From: a virus
IMG/VR virus record: IMGVR_UViG_3300029319_009044
Location: 106,909 to 170,908 of that record
Length of the DNA stretch: 64,000 bases
Strand: one strand, 5' to 3'
The notes under the pieces are model-generated. The model did not search any database. It saw nothing but the letters and a program-made list of their open reading frames with translations, and was not told where the DNA came from. The translations under genes and the position numbers were made by a program. Shown piece after piece: positions 49,399 through 58,768 of the stretch (position 1 is the first letter of the stretch; each line of letters begins with the position of its first letter).

Positions 49399-49582
49399 TT
49401 TAGAGTACATCTATCCTCAAGATTTAAAAATGTGGGCAAAATGCGCGGGTCGTAAATTTTTAGAGGCTGAAGAAAAAATTAAAACTCTATCTACTAAAAA
49501 TATATCAGCCAGCGCGTATTGGGATAGAGATAGTAACATTGCAATTTTATTAGAGTGCGGTAAAATATATACGTATAGTTAA
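49391..49582 (+). CDS. Hypothetical protein
   Basis: ORF in operon. Confidence 0.5.
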   Translation: MDDLEYIYPQDLKMWAKCAGRKFLEAEEKIKTLSTKNISASAYWDRDSNIAILLECGKIYTYS

Positions 49583-50445
49583 TGAAAAATGTTATTATAA
49601 AACAAGGAGGAGGTATAGGTGATATATTATATTCTTTAAAAATAGCTCAAAAAATTTATAAAACAAATAACTGTAATATTATATGGCCTATCAATTCACA
49701 TATACTTTCTGATTTTCAAGACTATATAAAAATACCTTATATAGAATGGGTAGATGAAAAGGATTATAAATGGTTAGATGATTATAACTATTTTGTAAAC
49801 GGGGAGTTAATACCAAGTAGTTTAAAAATTGATAAAGAAACTGTAGTCTTTCCTTTATGTGAAGCAGCTAATAATCCCGACGGATCTTTTAAAGGAGGGC
49901 CTATAATGGGCAAAAAATATTCTACATTTAAATTAAGTCAGGCTAATTGGCAAGACAGTATAAAGATAACTAGAAATGTAGAAAAAGAAAATGAGTTATT
50001 CTATAAAGTGTTGAATCTAGATGATAATTGTAAGTATGTTTTTGTACATAAAATATACAGTACCCCGAGCCATGGATTATTAAAAAGTACATTTATGCCA
50101 GATGATTTTCTTCCTGATTGGGAAAAGGATTATGAAGCTCTAGTAACAGGAGCTTGTTTAGAAGAATATTCTGTATTCGACTGGATTAAAGTTTTTGAAA
50201 ATGCTGCTGATATTCATGTAGTATCAACTTGTTTATTTTATATATTTGAATCATTAGAAAAAAAATTACCTGAAATCAAAATTTATAATAGAGATCACTA
50301 CACTAATTTAGGTCAATTGTATTGTATGAAGCCAACTTTAAGACAAAAATGGAAGTTTCAAGAAGCTATGGAACGACACTATCGTGGTAATGCAAAATCA
50401 AAAAAAGCTAGTCATAATAAAATTCTAATAGAAAGAGAAGCTTAG
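49582..50445 (+). CDS. Putative glycosyltransferase (GT9/heptosyltransferase-like)
   Basis: N-terminal GGIGDIL, later FDW..VFENA..IH..ST; adjacent to ADP-heptose genes. Confidence 0.5.
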   Translation: MKNVIIKQGGGIGDILYSLKIAQKIYKTNNCNIIWPINSHILSDFQDYIKIPYIEWVDEKDYKWLDDYNYFVNGELIPSSLKIDKETVVFPLCEAANNPDGSFKGGPIMGKKYSTFKLSQANWQDSIKITRNVEKENELFYKVLNLDDNCKYVFVHKIYSTPSHGLLKSTFMPDDFLPDWEKDYEALVTGACLEEYSVFDWIKVFENAADIHVVSTCLFYIFESLEKKLPEIKIYNRDHYTNLGQLYCMKPTLRQKWKFQEAMERHYRGNAKSKKASHNKILIEREA

Positions 50446-50452
50446 AGTAGTT

Positions 50453-50959
50453 ATGATAGATACGATACTATATAAAAATAAACATTATCCTAAATTTCAA
50501 ACGCTTGGTAATGCTGCGCAATTTGCTATACCATATGCTTTACACGTATGTAAAGGTGAAGGAGTTGATATAGGCTGTTCAAAAGTAGAATGGGCTTTTC
50601 CTGGAGCTAGACCTATTGATTTAAATTTTAATGATAATTATGATGCTTATAATCTACCTTATGATAAAAATTCTTTAGATTATATATTTTCTTCTCATTG
50701 TTTAGAGCATCTTCCTAATTGGGTTGAAGCATTAGATTATTGGACTTCTAAATTAAAAAATGAAGGTACTTTATTTTTATATGTACCTCATTATAGTCAA
50801 GAATATTGGAGACCGTGGAATAATAAAAAACACATCCATTGTTTTACAGGGGAAGAAATTGTAGATTATTTAAACAGCTCTGGTTATAAAAAGGTTTTTA
50901 GATCTATGCCTGATTTAAACAATTCAATAATGATAACTGCAGAAAAAAATAATGAATAA
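50453..50959 (+). CDS. SAM-dependent methyltransferase (type 11)
   Basis: GVDIGC, DYIFSSHCLEH, LK..GTLFLYVP. Confidence 0.85.
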   Translation: MIDTILYKNKHYPKFQTLGNAAQFAIPYALHVCKGEGVDIGCSKVEWAFPGARPIDLNFNDNYDAYNLPYDKNSLDYIFSSHCLEHLPNWVEALDYWTSKLKNEGTLFLYVPHYSQEYWRPWNNKKHIHCFTGEEIVDYLNSSGYKKVFRSMPDLNNSIMITAEKNNE

Positions 50960-51344
50960 TAAAGTTATTTTTACTAATGGTTGTTTTGATATTTTGCATA
51001 TTGGTCATATTAGACTTCTTAAATATGCAAAATCACTTGGTAATCATCTCATAGTAGGTCTTAACTCTGATGAAAGTATAAAAAGATTAAAAGGTTATGA
51101 TAGACCCTTTAATAAGCTTGAATATAGAAAAGAAGTTATCGAGAGTATAAAGTGGGTAGATGAAGTAAGAATATTTACTGAAGATACACCTTACAATTTA
51201 ATTAAAGACTTAAAACCTGATATAATGGTTAAAGGTGGTGATTATACTCCTTCAACTGTAATAGGTAGTGATATATGTAAAGTAGAGATTTTTAATTTAG
51301 TAGGTAATATATCTACAACACAGATTTTAAATCATGTCAAATAA
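50952..51344 (+). CDS. rfaE2: Heptose 1-phosphate adenylyltransferase (HldE/RfaE domain II)
   Basis: FTNGCFDILHIGH, VGLNSD.S..RLKG..RP, KPD..VKGGDY, STT. Confidence 0.92.
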   Translation: MNNKVIFTNGCFDILHIGHIRLLKYAKSLGNHLIVGLNSDESIKRLKGYDRPFNKLEYRKEVIESIKWVDEVRIFTEDTPYNLIKDLKPDIMVKGGDYTPSTVIGSDICKVEIFNLVGNISTTQILNHVK

Positions 51345-52080
51345 TATTTTACTTATAGGAGAGCATTGCATTGACGTGTACCATTACGGCAAATGTAGTA
51401 GATTAAATCCAGAAGCTCCTGTACCTATTTTAAATGAAGAATATATAAGAAAAATAGAAGGAATGGCATCTAATGTTAAAAATAATTTAGTAAATTTAGG
51501 ATTTAAAATCGATCATTACAAAAATGAGGAAATTATAGAAAAGCATAGACTAGTAGATATAAATTATAAACAGCAGCTATTAAGATATGATATCGAAAAT
51601 AAATTAAAAAAAATAGAAGTAAAACATATTGAGGGGGATTACGATATTGTAATCATAAGCGATTATGATAAAGGACTCATTACAAGAAATGTTGCAGAGT
51701 ATATTTGTAATAAGTACAAAGATAAACCTATATTTGTGGATTCAAAGAAGAAAGATCTTACGTGTTATAGTAATTGTTTTTTAAAAATTAATGATAATGA
51801 ATATAATAATTTAAAATCATATAATAAGAGTAACTGTGAGCTAATAATCACAAAAGGTAGATTTGGAGCAACATATAAGTTTAAAAATTATCCAGCTGAA
51901 AAAGTTGATGTTTATGATGTTTGTGGAGCAGGTGATGTATTTTTAGCGGGACTTGTATATGGCTATTCAAAAAGTAAAGATATAATAGAAGGCATTAAGA
52001 TAGCAAATAAGCTAGCAAGTATATCAGTAAGTAAATTTGGAACTTATGTTTTAACTATAAAAGATATAAACACAATTTAA
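51334..52080 (+). CDS. rfaE1: Heptose 7-phosphate kinase (HldE/RfaE domain I, PfkB family)
   Basis: RLNPEAPVP, ISDYDKG, VYDVCGAGDVF. Confidence 0.88.
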   Translation: MSNNILLIGEHCIDVYHYGKCSRLNPEAPVPILNEEYIRKIEGMASNVKNNLVNLGFKIDHYKNEEIIEKHRLVDINYKQQLLRYDIENKLKKIEVKHIEGDYDIVIISDYDKGLITRNVAEYICNKYKDKPIFVDSKKKDLTCYSNCFLKINDNEYNNLKSYNKSNCELIITKGRFGATYKFKNYPAEKVDVYDVCGAGDVFLAGLVYGYSKSKDIIEGIKIANKLASISVSKFGTYVLTIKDINTI

Positions 52081-52081
52081 G

Positions 52082-52450
52082 ATGAAAAATTTTGCAGAGA
52101 TAAAATACGTACCTAAAGGATGGGGTTATGAGAAATGGATAGTAAACAAAGATGAATATTGTGGCAAAATCTTATGGTTCTCAAAAGGTAAGAAATGCTC
52201 ATGGCACTATCATAAAATAAAAGATGAAGTATTTTACGTACGTAAAGGTAAGCTATTAGTTCGATATGGTTTAGATAAAGACATAACTAAATGCGATGAA
52301 GTATTACTAATTCCTGGAGATAATTTTCACGTACCTGTAGGACTTATACACCAGATGGAAGCTATTGAAGAAACAGAAATGTTTGAATTTTCAACTAAGC
52401 ATAGAGATTCTGATAGTTATAGAGTTCTAGAAGGGGATGTAATTATTTGA
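52082..52450 (+). CDS. Cupin, mannose-6-phosphate isomerase/lyxose isomerase-like
   Basis: VPKGWG.E.W, CSWHYH..KDE.F, H.P.G..H. Confidence 0.75.
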   Translation: MKNFAEIKYVPKGWGYEKWIVNKDEYCGKILWFSKGKKCSWHYHKIKDEVFYVRKGKLLVRYGLDKDITKCDEVLLIPGDNFHVPVGLIHQMEAIEETEMFEFSTKHRDSDSYRVLEGDVII

Positions 52451-52478
52451 TTGCATTAACTCATATATAAATTATAAT
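52451..52478 (+). promoter_or_regulatory. Sigma70-type promoter TTGCAT-N16-TATAAT, 5 nt before ATG 52484
   Basis: Direct sequence. Confidence 0.65.
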
Positions 52479-52483
52479 AAGAT

Positions 52484-52624
52484 ATGGCAAAAAAGACTAA
52501 TAGTACTACCTGGAAAGTTAGCGATAAAAAACCTAAAAAAACTAGACAAGGAATCTCTAGAAATTCTAAAGGTCATAAAAAATATCGCGGTCAAGGTGGT
52601 CCCTGTAAGCGAAGAAAGAAGTAG
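52484..52624 (+). CDS. Small very basic protein (46 aa, ...KKTRQG.SR.S...KKYRGQG)
   Basis: Translated by hand; KKYRGQG motif common in marine T4-like phages; own promoter. Confidence 0.7.
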   Translation: MAKKTNSTTWKVSDKKPKKTRQGISRNSKGHKKYRGQGGPCKRRKK

Positions 52625-52655
52625 TTTTCTACGTTAACAACGCATAAATATTGTT

Positions 52656-54395
52656 ATGGTGAAAGCTATAACAATATTTTTATGTCTACTTTGCTCTAAT
52701 ATTCTAGCAAATCAAATAGATCATAGTAAAGAAATAGATAAAATTATTGCTAATGATCTTAAAAATAAAAGAATTGAGTTACCTATAGTAGTTAACCCCT
52801 TTGTATTTGTAAGAAGAGCGTATATCGATATTGCTGGTAGAGTTCCAACATATCAAGAATGGAAGACGTTTATAAAGAGACCTGATAGGAAAAAATTAAT
52901 TGAAGATCTTCAAAACTCTAAAGGTTATACTGAAAGTATGTTTAACTTTTATGCTGATCTTCTTAGAATAAAGAGACGTCTTTCAAACAATATTGATGGT
53001 GATACATATATAACTTGGGTTAAACAAGAAATAGAAAATAATACACCATATGATGAGTTTATTAAAAAGATATTAACTGCAGAAGGTAACATATGGGAAA
53101 ATCCAGAAGTGGGTTATTTCTTAAGAGATGAAGGGATGCTTCTCGATAATGTTAGTAATACATTTCAAGCTTTTGCTGGAATGAATATAAGTTGCGCGCA
53201 ATGTCATGATCACCCATTTGATGATTGGACGCAGATGGATTATTATAATATGTCAGCATTCTTTACACAGTTAAATACTAGAGGTAAAAAAGAAGATAGA
53301 AAAGAGTTTCAGCGATTAAGAAAAGAAGCTGAAGAGTTAGATAAATCTGGAAAGCAAAAAGGGTCAACAAATAGAATCGGGCAATTTTATAGACATGGTT
53401 ATCAGCATACTATAGTGCAGGATCAAGATAAAAAATTAAAGCTTCCTGATGATTATAAGTATAGAGATGCTGAACCCGGAGAAGTAGTAAAGGCCGAAAC
53501 TGCAGTAGGGGATAGAGTTAAAGAAAAGCGTAAGAGAGAAGGGTTAAGAGAAAGTTTCGCAAATTGGTTAGCTAATGACACGCATCCAACATTTGCTGCT
53601 AATATTGTAAACCGGTTGTGGGATAGATCATTTGGCTTTCCGTTAATAGATAATTTAAATGAAGTAGCTTTATTTGATGAAATAAAGGATGGGCGTAACA
53701 CTCGATTAATAGAATACTTAGTTAAAGTAATGAAAGAGGTTGATTATGATTTGAAGAAGTTCAATAATATTTTATATAATACAAAGTTCTATCAAGCTAA
53801 AATTGATCCGGATAACGAGTTTAAAGGACCTGTTCTAAGAAGAATGACAAGTGCACAATTGTGGGACTCTATAGTAACTTTATATCAAGGCGACCCAGAC
53901 AAGTGGCAGCCTAAGGATAGGAAGCAGGATTATATAGATCTGTTTACAGGTCTACAATCTATGCCTGTAGATGAAGCTTTAAAAAAATGGAATCAATATA
54001 CTAAAATAAGAGGTAGTTATTATGAAGGAGCTCCTAAAATAAAGGGTAATTTAGTAGTTAGATCATCGCATATATTTGAAGGTAGAAATGCAAACTTTTT
54101 AAGAGAGTTTGGTAGGTCTGATAGAGAGCTTATTGAAACCGGGAACGAACAACCAAACATAACTCAAATATTAAATTTAATGAACGGCAATGTAACACAA
54201 GCGCTTCAAGATCCTAATGGTTATGTAGCTAATCAAGCAAAAGATATGAAGCGAGAATTAGGAATGAATATAATTTTTATATCATATATTGGAAGAGCTC
54301 CTAATGATAAAGAAAGAGAATTATTAAAAGACGCAAGTTACGAAGATGTAGTATGGATACTAATTAACTCACATGAATTTAAACTAATAAGCTAA
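52656..54395 (+). CDS. DUF1549/DUF1553 (PSD2/PSD1) planctomycete-cytochrome-type exported protein
   Basis: Signal peptide; FVRRAYIDIAGRVPT, PYDEF...ILTAEG, CAQCHDHPFDDWTQ.DYY (CxxCH), NIVNRLW, RRMTSAQLWDS, FGRSDRE, WILINSHEF. Confidence 0.92.
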   Translation: MVKAITIFLCLLCSNILANQIDHSKEIDKIIANDLKNKRIELPIVVNPFVFVRRAYIDIAGRVPTYQEWKTFIKRPDRKKLIEDLQNSKGYTESMFNFYADLLRIKRRLSNNIDGDTYITWVKQEIENNTPYDEFIKKILTAEGNIWENPEVGYFLRDEGMLLDNVSNTFQAFAGMNISCAQCHDHPFDDWTQMDYYNMSAFFTQLNTRGKKEDRKEFQRLRKEAEELDKSGKQKGSTNRIGQFYRHGYQHTIVQDQDKKLKLPDDYKYRDAEPGEVVKAETAVGDRVKEKRKREGLRESFANWLANDTHPTFAANIVNRLWDRSFGFPLIDNLNEVALFDEIKDGRNTRLIEYLVKVMKEVDYDLKKFNNILYNTKFYQAKIDPDNEFKGPVLRRMTSAQLWDSIVTLYQGDPDKWQPKDRKQDYIDLFTGLQSMPVDEALKKWNQYTKIRGSYYEGAPKIKGNLVVRSSHIFEGRNANFLREFGRSDRELIETGNEQPNITQILNLMNGNVTQALQDPNGYVANQAKDMKRELGMNIIFISYIGRAPNDKERELLKDASYEDVVWILINSHEFKLIS

Positions 54396-54396
54396 T

Positions 54397-55599
54397 ATGA
54401 ACAGACGACTATTTATACAAACCCTAGCAGCATCTACTTACGGTCTTAAGACATTAGATGCTAAAGATGCACCAATTGCTTCTAAAGCTAAAAATGTTAT
54501 TTACATTTGCTTAGATGGAGGTATGAGCCATATTGACTCTTTTGATCCTAAAGATGATAAAGAGGTAATGGGTGATACTACAAAGATAAGCACTAAGGTA
54601 AGTGGTATTGAATTAGGTAACAGATTACCTAAATTAGCAGAAGTAGTAGATAAAATGTCAATTATAAGATCTACTCATTCTAAAACTGGTGCTCATGAAC
54701 AAGCTCAATACCTTAATAGAACATCTTATAGACAGATAGGTAGTATAGTACATCCTAGTTTGGGTTCTTGGGTAGCTCATATTCAAGATAGAGAAAAAGA
54801 TATTCCGGATTATGTTTTAATTTCTGGGTCTTCTGCTCATCCTAATTCTGGATTTTTACCTAAGGTAAAATCTCCTCTTCCTATTATAGATCCAAATGGC
54901 GGGTTAAAAAATTCTAAAGTAGATAGTAAGCTAGAAGAGAGAATGAACATATTAAGAGAAATTAATAGTAAATTTAAAGCTCCGTTAGCTACAGAGTATA
55001 ATGAGTTCTATGACAATACAGTAAGATTTTTAAAATCTAAAGATTTAGAATTATTTGACTTAACTAAAGAAAAGCCAGAAGCGAGATCTGCATATGGTAA
55101 TACTAAATTAGGACAGGGATGTCTTTTAGCTAAGCGTTTAATTAAAGGAGACATTAAGTTTATAGAGATTAATAACGGCGGTTGGGATACACATGTAGAC
55201 AACTTTACTAAGTTGGATAATAAGCTCAAAGAAGTGGATGATGCATTAAGTGCGCTAGTATTGGATCTAGATAGTGAAGGTCTTTTAGATACAACGCTAA
55301 TAGCTCTTGTAACTGAGTTTGGTAGAACCCCTAAGATAAATGTTAATGATGGTCGTGATCATCATCCATCTTGTTATTCAACAGTTCTTATAGGAGCAGG
55401 AGTTAAGGGTGGTTATGTAGCTGGTGAGACAAATAAATCAGCTTCTAAAGTAACTAAAGACCCTTATACTATATCCGATATTAATGCCACTATAGCTCAT
55501 CTATTAGGTATTGAAGCTGAAAAAGAAAGATTTTCTCCTACAGGAAGGCCATTTAAGGTTGCTAATAAAGGTGAAATAATTAAAGATATTTTAGCATAA
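54397..55599 (+). CDS. DUF1501 protein with Tat signal
   Basis: MNRRLF; AKNVIYI.L.GGMSHIDSFDPK, HPSLGSW, YG....GQGCLLA.RL, GGWDTH..NF, TEFGRTP..N...GRDH. Confidence 0.92.
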   Translation: MNRRLFIQTLAASTYGLKTLDAKDAPIASKAKNVIYICLDGGMSHIDSFDPKDDKEVMGDTTKISTKVSGIELGNRLPKLAEVVDKMSIIRSTHSKTGAHEQAQYLNRTSYRQIGSIVHPSLGSWVAHIQDREKDIPDYVLISGSSAHPNSGFLPKVKSPLPIIDPNGGLKNSKVDSKLEERMNILREINSKFKAPLATEYNEFYDNTVRFLKSKDLELFDLTKEKPEARSAYGNTKLGQGCLLAKRLIKGDIKFIEINNGGWDTHVDNFTKLDNKLKEVDDALSALVLDLDSEGLLDTTLIALVTEFGRTPKINVNDGRDHHPSCYSTVLIGAGVKGGYVAGETNKSASKVTKDPYTISDINATIAHLLGIEAEKERFSPTGRPFKVANKGEIIKDILA

Positions 55600-55631
55600 A
55601 AAAAGCGTCCTTGTATACAAGGACGCTTTTT
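55598..55631. terminator. Bidirectional intrinsic terminator
   Basis: Perfect palindrome AAAAAGCGTCCTTGTA/TACAAGGACGCTTTTT between convergent genes. Confidence 0.9.
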
Positions 55632-55649
55632 GTGAGGTTTATAGTTAAA

Positions 55650-56123
55650 TTAAAACTCGAATGAAAGACCAAGTCTAAGCTCGGTATCATCATCTTCAGC
55701 GTCAAAATCGTAACCTAAGGTATAAGTAGCAAATACTGCTTTACCATCACCGATCTCATACGATACACCAGCACCAGCACGAATGTCGAATCCAATATCG
55801 TCTGTATCAACCCAATTAAGGCCAACACCACCAATAGCAGAAACAGTACATCCATAAACTTCAGTCACATCGTAAGATGCACCAAGGTCGAAATTAAGAT
55901 CACCGCTACCAAATTCAACAGCAGGCTTAAGATCTACCTCAACACCAGCGAGGGCGATTGGAGCAGTAGTACCAACAACAAGACTATAATCACCATCGGT
56001 CTTTGATACACCAATGCTATAGTCAGTTAATTCAACACCTGCTACAGTTGCAGCTGCAGCGGGTCCAACAAAGGCCACAAAAGCAAAAGCAGTTGCAGCG
56101 AGTAATGTAGTTACTTTTTTCAT
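55650..56123 (-). CDS. Small outer-membrane beta-barrel protein
   Basis: Signal peptide MKKVTTLLAATAFAFV..., amphipathic strands, C-terminal LGLSFEF (BAM signal). Confidence 0.75.
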   Translation of the reverse strand: MKKVTTLLAATAFAFVAFVGPAAAATVAGVELTDYSIGVSKTDGDYSLVVGTTAPIALAGVEVDLKPAVEFGSGDLNFDLGASYDVTEVYGCTVSAIGGVGLNWVDTDDIGFDIRAGAGVSYEIGDGKAVFATYTLGYDFDAEDDDTELRLGLSFEF

Positions 56124-56175
56124 ATATCTATATTTATTATATAATATCAATATATAGATGCAACTAAATATTTAA

Positions 56176-56505
56176 ATGAGGCCAGTAATTTTTTATGAAG
56201 GTATAGTTGCGCCTCCTTCAGAATCTGGAGCTGTTCGCTCTGTATGTTTGTATGGTAAGGTTTTTATAGATTCTAACCTTCCCTTTTTATTAGAAACTAC
56301 CCAAGAAAATAAAGATATATATTATGATTGGATAAAGAAAGTTGGATTAACAGATTTTATAAAAGAGATAGTAACTGCTGAAGAAAAAGTAAAAGGTTTA
56401 AGAATATCTGAAGATAAAAAAAGAGATCCTTGTCTTACTATATCAAGAGTATCATTAGATAATTTAGATCATATTGTAAATATGTTAAAATATTCTAATT
56501 TTTAA
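56176..56505 (+). CDS. Hypothetical protein
   Basis: TAAATA-N5-ATG. Confidence 0.6.
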   Translation: MRPVIFYEGIVAPPSESGAVRSVCLYGKVFIDSNLPFLLETTQENKDIYYDWIKKVGLTDFIKEIVTAEEKVKGLRISEDKKRDPCLTISRVSLDNLDHIVNMLKYSNF

Positions 56506-57314
56506 TTATTTTTATTTGCTAATATACTAGCGTTTCTTTCCATACGCTTTACTACTCCATCTCTACCTTTACTCTTACGTCTTTTATACTCTTTATGATC
56601 AAGGTATTCATTAGCAGCTTTTATGTTTTCCCCTCTTTGTAAAAGCTTTACCCATTGCATACCAGGTAGAAGGTCACCTCTATAGCTAATATCAAGTAAA
56701 ACTGCTGCTTGTTCATCATTAAGGTCATTGAAAGATAAACCAAAAATTTCTTTTACTCGATTTAAATGAAAGTTTAACTTTTTATCAAAAAGCTTTTCAG
56801 CGAATTCTGGAGATATAGAACTACCATATTTTTTAACCCATTTATTCTTAGCTGCTAATGATCCATCTCCAATTTTATTTCCTATACCTATAGTATAAAC
56901 ACCGACATCATCTCTATATGGTTTTAAGAATTTTTTATTTCTAGGTTCACTAATATCAGTACCATATATTTCTACCGGTTTAATTAAATTACCTGCTAGA
57001 GTTAAAACACTATCTTCGTCTTTATCAGGCGGTAAATCATCTACAGTAGATTTTTTCTCTTTAGGCTCCGGAGGTAAGTAACTATTTTTATCTCTTGTTT
57101 CATATTGCTTTAAGTATTCATCTGCAGCTCTATGAAAGTTAGATGATGAAGGCATTATATCTTCAACTCTATCTATAGCGTTAATTTTTTGCTCTATAGG
57201 TTCTGGTCGCTTATCTAAGTAATCTTGTATTTTTTCTGCCGAAAAAGGAGCGGAACCTATAGCTAATAAGCCAAGTACTATTTCTTTCATACCTTCGTCA
57301 AACTGTTGAGTCAC
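56502..57314 (-). CDS. Lysozyme-fold (GH24-like) protein, possibly virion-associated
   Basis: KPYRDDVGVYTIGIG, QAAVLLDISYRG, AANEYLD...RMERNA; start moved to GTG 57314 (TAAATA-N5) because the longer ORF overlaps the tmRNA. Confidence 0.7.
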   Translation of the reverse strand: MTQQFDEGMKEIVLGLLAIGSAPFSAEKIQDYLDKRPEPIEQKINAIDRVEDIMPSSSNFHRAADEYLKQYETRDKNSYLPPEPKEKKSTVDDLPPDKDEDSVLTLAGNLIKPVEIYGTDISEPRNKKFLKPYRDDVGVYTIGIGNKIGDGSLAAKNKWVKKYGSSISPEFAEKLFDKKLNFHLNRVKEIFGLSFNDLNDEQAAVLLDISYRGDLLPGMQWVKLLQRGENIKAANEYLDHKEYKRRKSKGRDGVVKRMERNASILANKNN

Positions 57315-57343
57315 GTATATATTTATTATAAAGGTGTTCCTAT

Positions 57344-57753
57344 TGGTGGAGGTGAGGGGAGTCGAACCCCTGTCCATTAAGTTATCAAAATAACTGTCTA
57401 CATACTTAGATATATTCTATTTTAAGGATATATGGTTATATCAACCATCCTACATTTCTTTTATCAGTAATGCTTTGACTTAGCTTAAAATTACATTAAT
57501 TGCTAAAATTAATAACTCATTACATTACCCAAACACTTTAATGAGAATCCATGTTTGTTTTTATGCGGCGAGAAGGGCTTCTTCTTGAACCAAGAACGCG
57601 TCAGGGTTGTTGAAGATTGCTTCTGCTTCCGCAAGAAGGTCTGCTTCTTCTTGTTCTGCAGTTATGTATTTAATCGGCTTTTAACGTGGCCAACCGATCA
57701 ACCACGATATGCGAGCTATAAATCCAATATAATGTCGAATCCATTGCACCCCC
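57344..57753 (-). ncRNA. ssrA: tmRNA (SsrA)
   Basis: 5' GGGGGTG..GGATTCGAC; 3' GACAGGGGTTCGACTCCCCTCACCTCCACCA; G3:U70 pair; resume context ATAACT-GCA; tag ORF 57659-57561 ending ALLAA*. Confidence 0.95.
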
Positions 57754-57827
57754 TAGCTATTTAATGCAGCGACAGAATAGAACTGAACAACCACATTTTT
57801 TATCACACATACAAATAGTGTAAAATA

Positions 57828-58205
57828 TTACTTTTTTCCCGGCTTAGGTCCTTTACCCTTTCCTTTACCTTTAGGTCCTTTACCCTTACCTTCAGGACGC
57901 TTACCTTCAGGTCTAGGGCCTCTACGCTTTTTCATAGCTTCTGCTGCAGCTTTACGCTCTTCTGCACTAAGCTTACCATCTCCGTCTTTATCAAATTTTT
58001 CAAGAATCATTTTTTTTCTAGCCTCACCAGCAGCTTTACGCTCAGCTTCATCTAACTTACCATCACCATTCTTATCAAATTTTTCAATCCACTGTTTAAT
58101 ACCTGGCTTACTACGATCTTTTCTTCCTTCTTCCTTTTCAGGAGTACCACTTGCTACTGCAAGTCCTGCTGCAAATGCGACGAGCGCAAACAATTTAATT
58201 TTCAT
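57828..58205 (-). CDS. Exported EF-hand protein with basic low-complexity tail
   Basis: Signal peptide; two FDK.GDGKL...ERKAA EF-hand loops. Confidence 0.8.
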   Translation of the reverse strand: MKIKLFALVAFAAGLAVASGTPEKEEGRKDRSKPGIKQWIEKFDKNGDGKLDEAERKAAGEARKKMILEKFDKDGDGKLSAEERKAAAEAMKKRRGPRPEGKRPEGKGKGPKGKGKGKGPKPGKK

Positions 58206-58240
58206 ATATGTATTTATTATAACGTAATGTTTATATAATG

Positions 58241-58768
58241 CTACTTAAAAACTGGATCTAATAGGAGATCGACAAATCTCTTAATGGTCTTATATATTTT
58301 TGACTTAGTCGTGAATCCCCATCTCTTAGGAGCTTCAACTCTAATAAATGATCTAAAATCAGTACCCATTTCTGATTGTCTTGCATACCAATCACATACC
58401 ATCTCCGCAACTTGCGCATCATTCATAGCAGTTATACCATCAACATGGTATTCAGGATGATGATCATTAGTTTGTTGATGTTGATGTATAGCTAATTTTA
58501 AAGCTTGTTTATCTTCATCTCTATGGAGGGTATCCCACTCTATGCCTTGGAACTTTGATAGATCATGTTTACTACAACGCTGTAAAAGACGTCTAGCTAA
58601 ATCTAAATCATTTTCTGTTTCAGCATTATCGATAAGTCTTGTTGCCAATTTTAAAGCAGCTGATCTTACTGCTTGTGTATGCTCCCATACAGATAATAAT
58701 CTACGTCTATAATCTTCTCTAATTTCAAGAGGGAGAGTCGCTGATCCATCATTTTGCTCTTTATCCAT
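58241..58768 (-). CDS. DUF5662-like HD-type protein
   Basis: H...V, HDLSK, H...NDHHPEY, EMVCDW.AR. Confidence 0.65.
   Translation of the reverse strand: MDKEQNDGSATLPLEIREDYRRRLLSVWEHTQAVRSAALKLATRLIDNAETENDLDLARRLLQRCSKHDLSKFQGIEWDTLHRDEDKQALKLAIHQHQQTNDHHPEYHVDGITAMNDAQVAEMVCDWYARQSEMGTDFRSFIRVEAPKRWGFTTKSKIYKTIKRFVDLLLDPVFK

Noticed and set aside
57344-57400. Stand-alone tRNA
   Set aside because: T-arm/CCA belongs to the tmRNA; its 5' acceptor strand is ~400 nt away with a tag ORF in between
57555-57764. 69-aa plus-strand ORF
   Set aside because: Antisense to the tmRNA tag region
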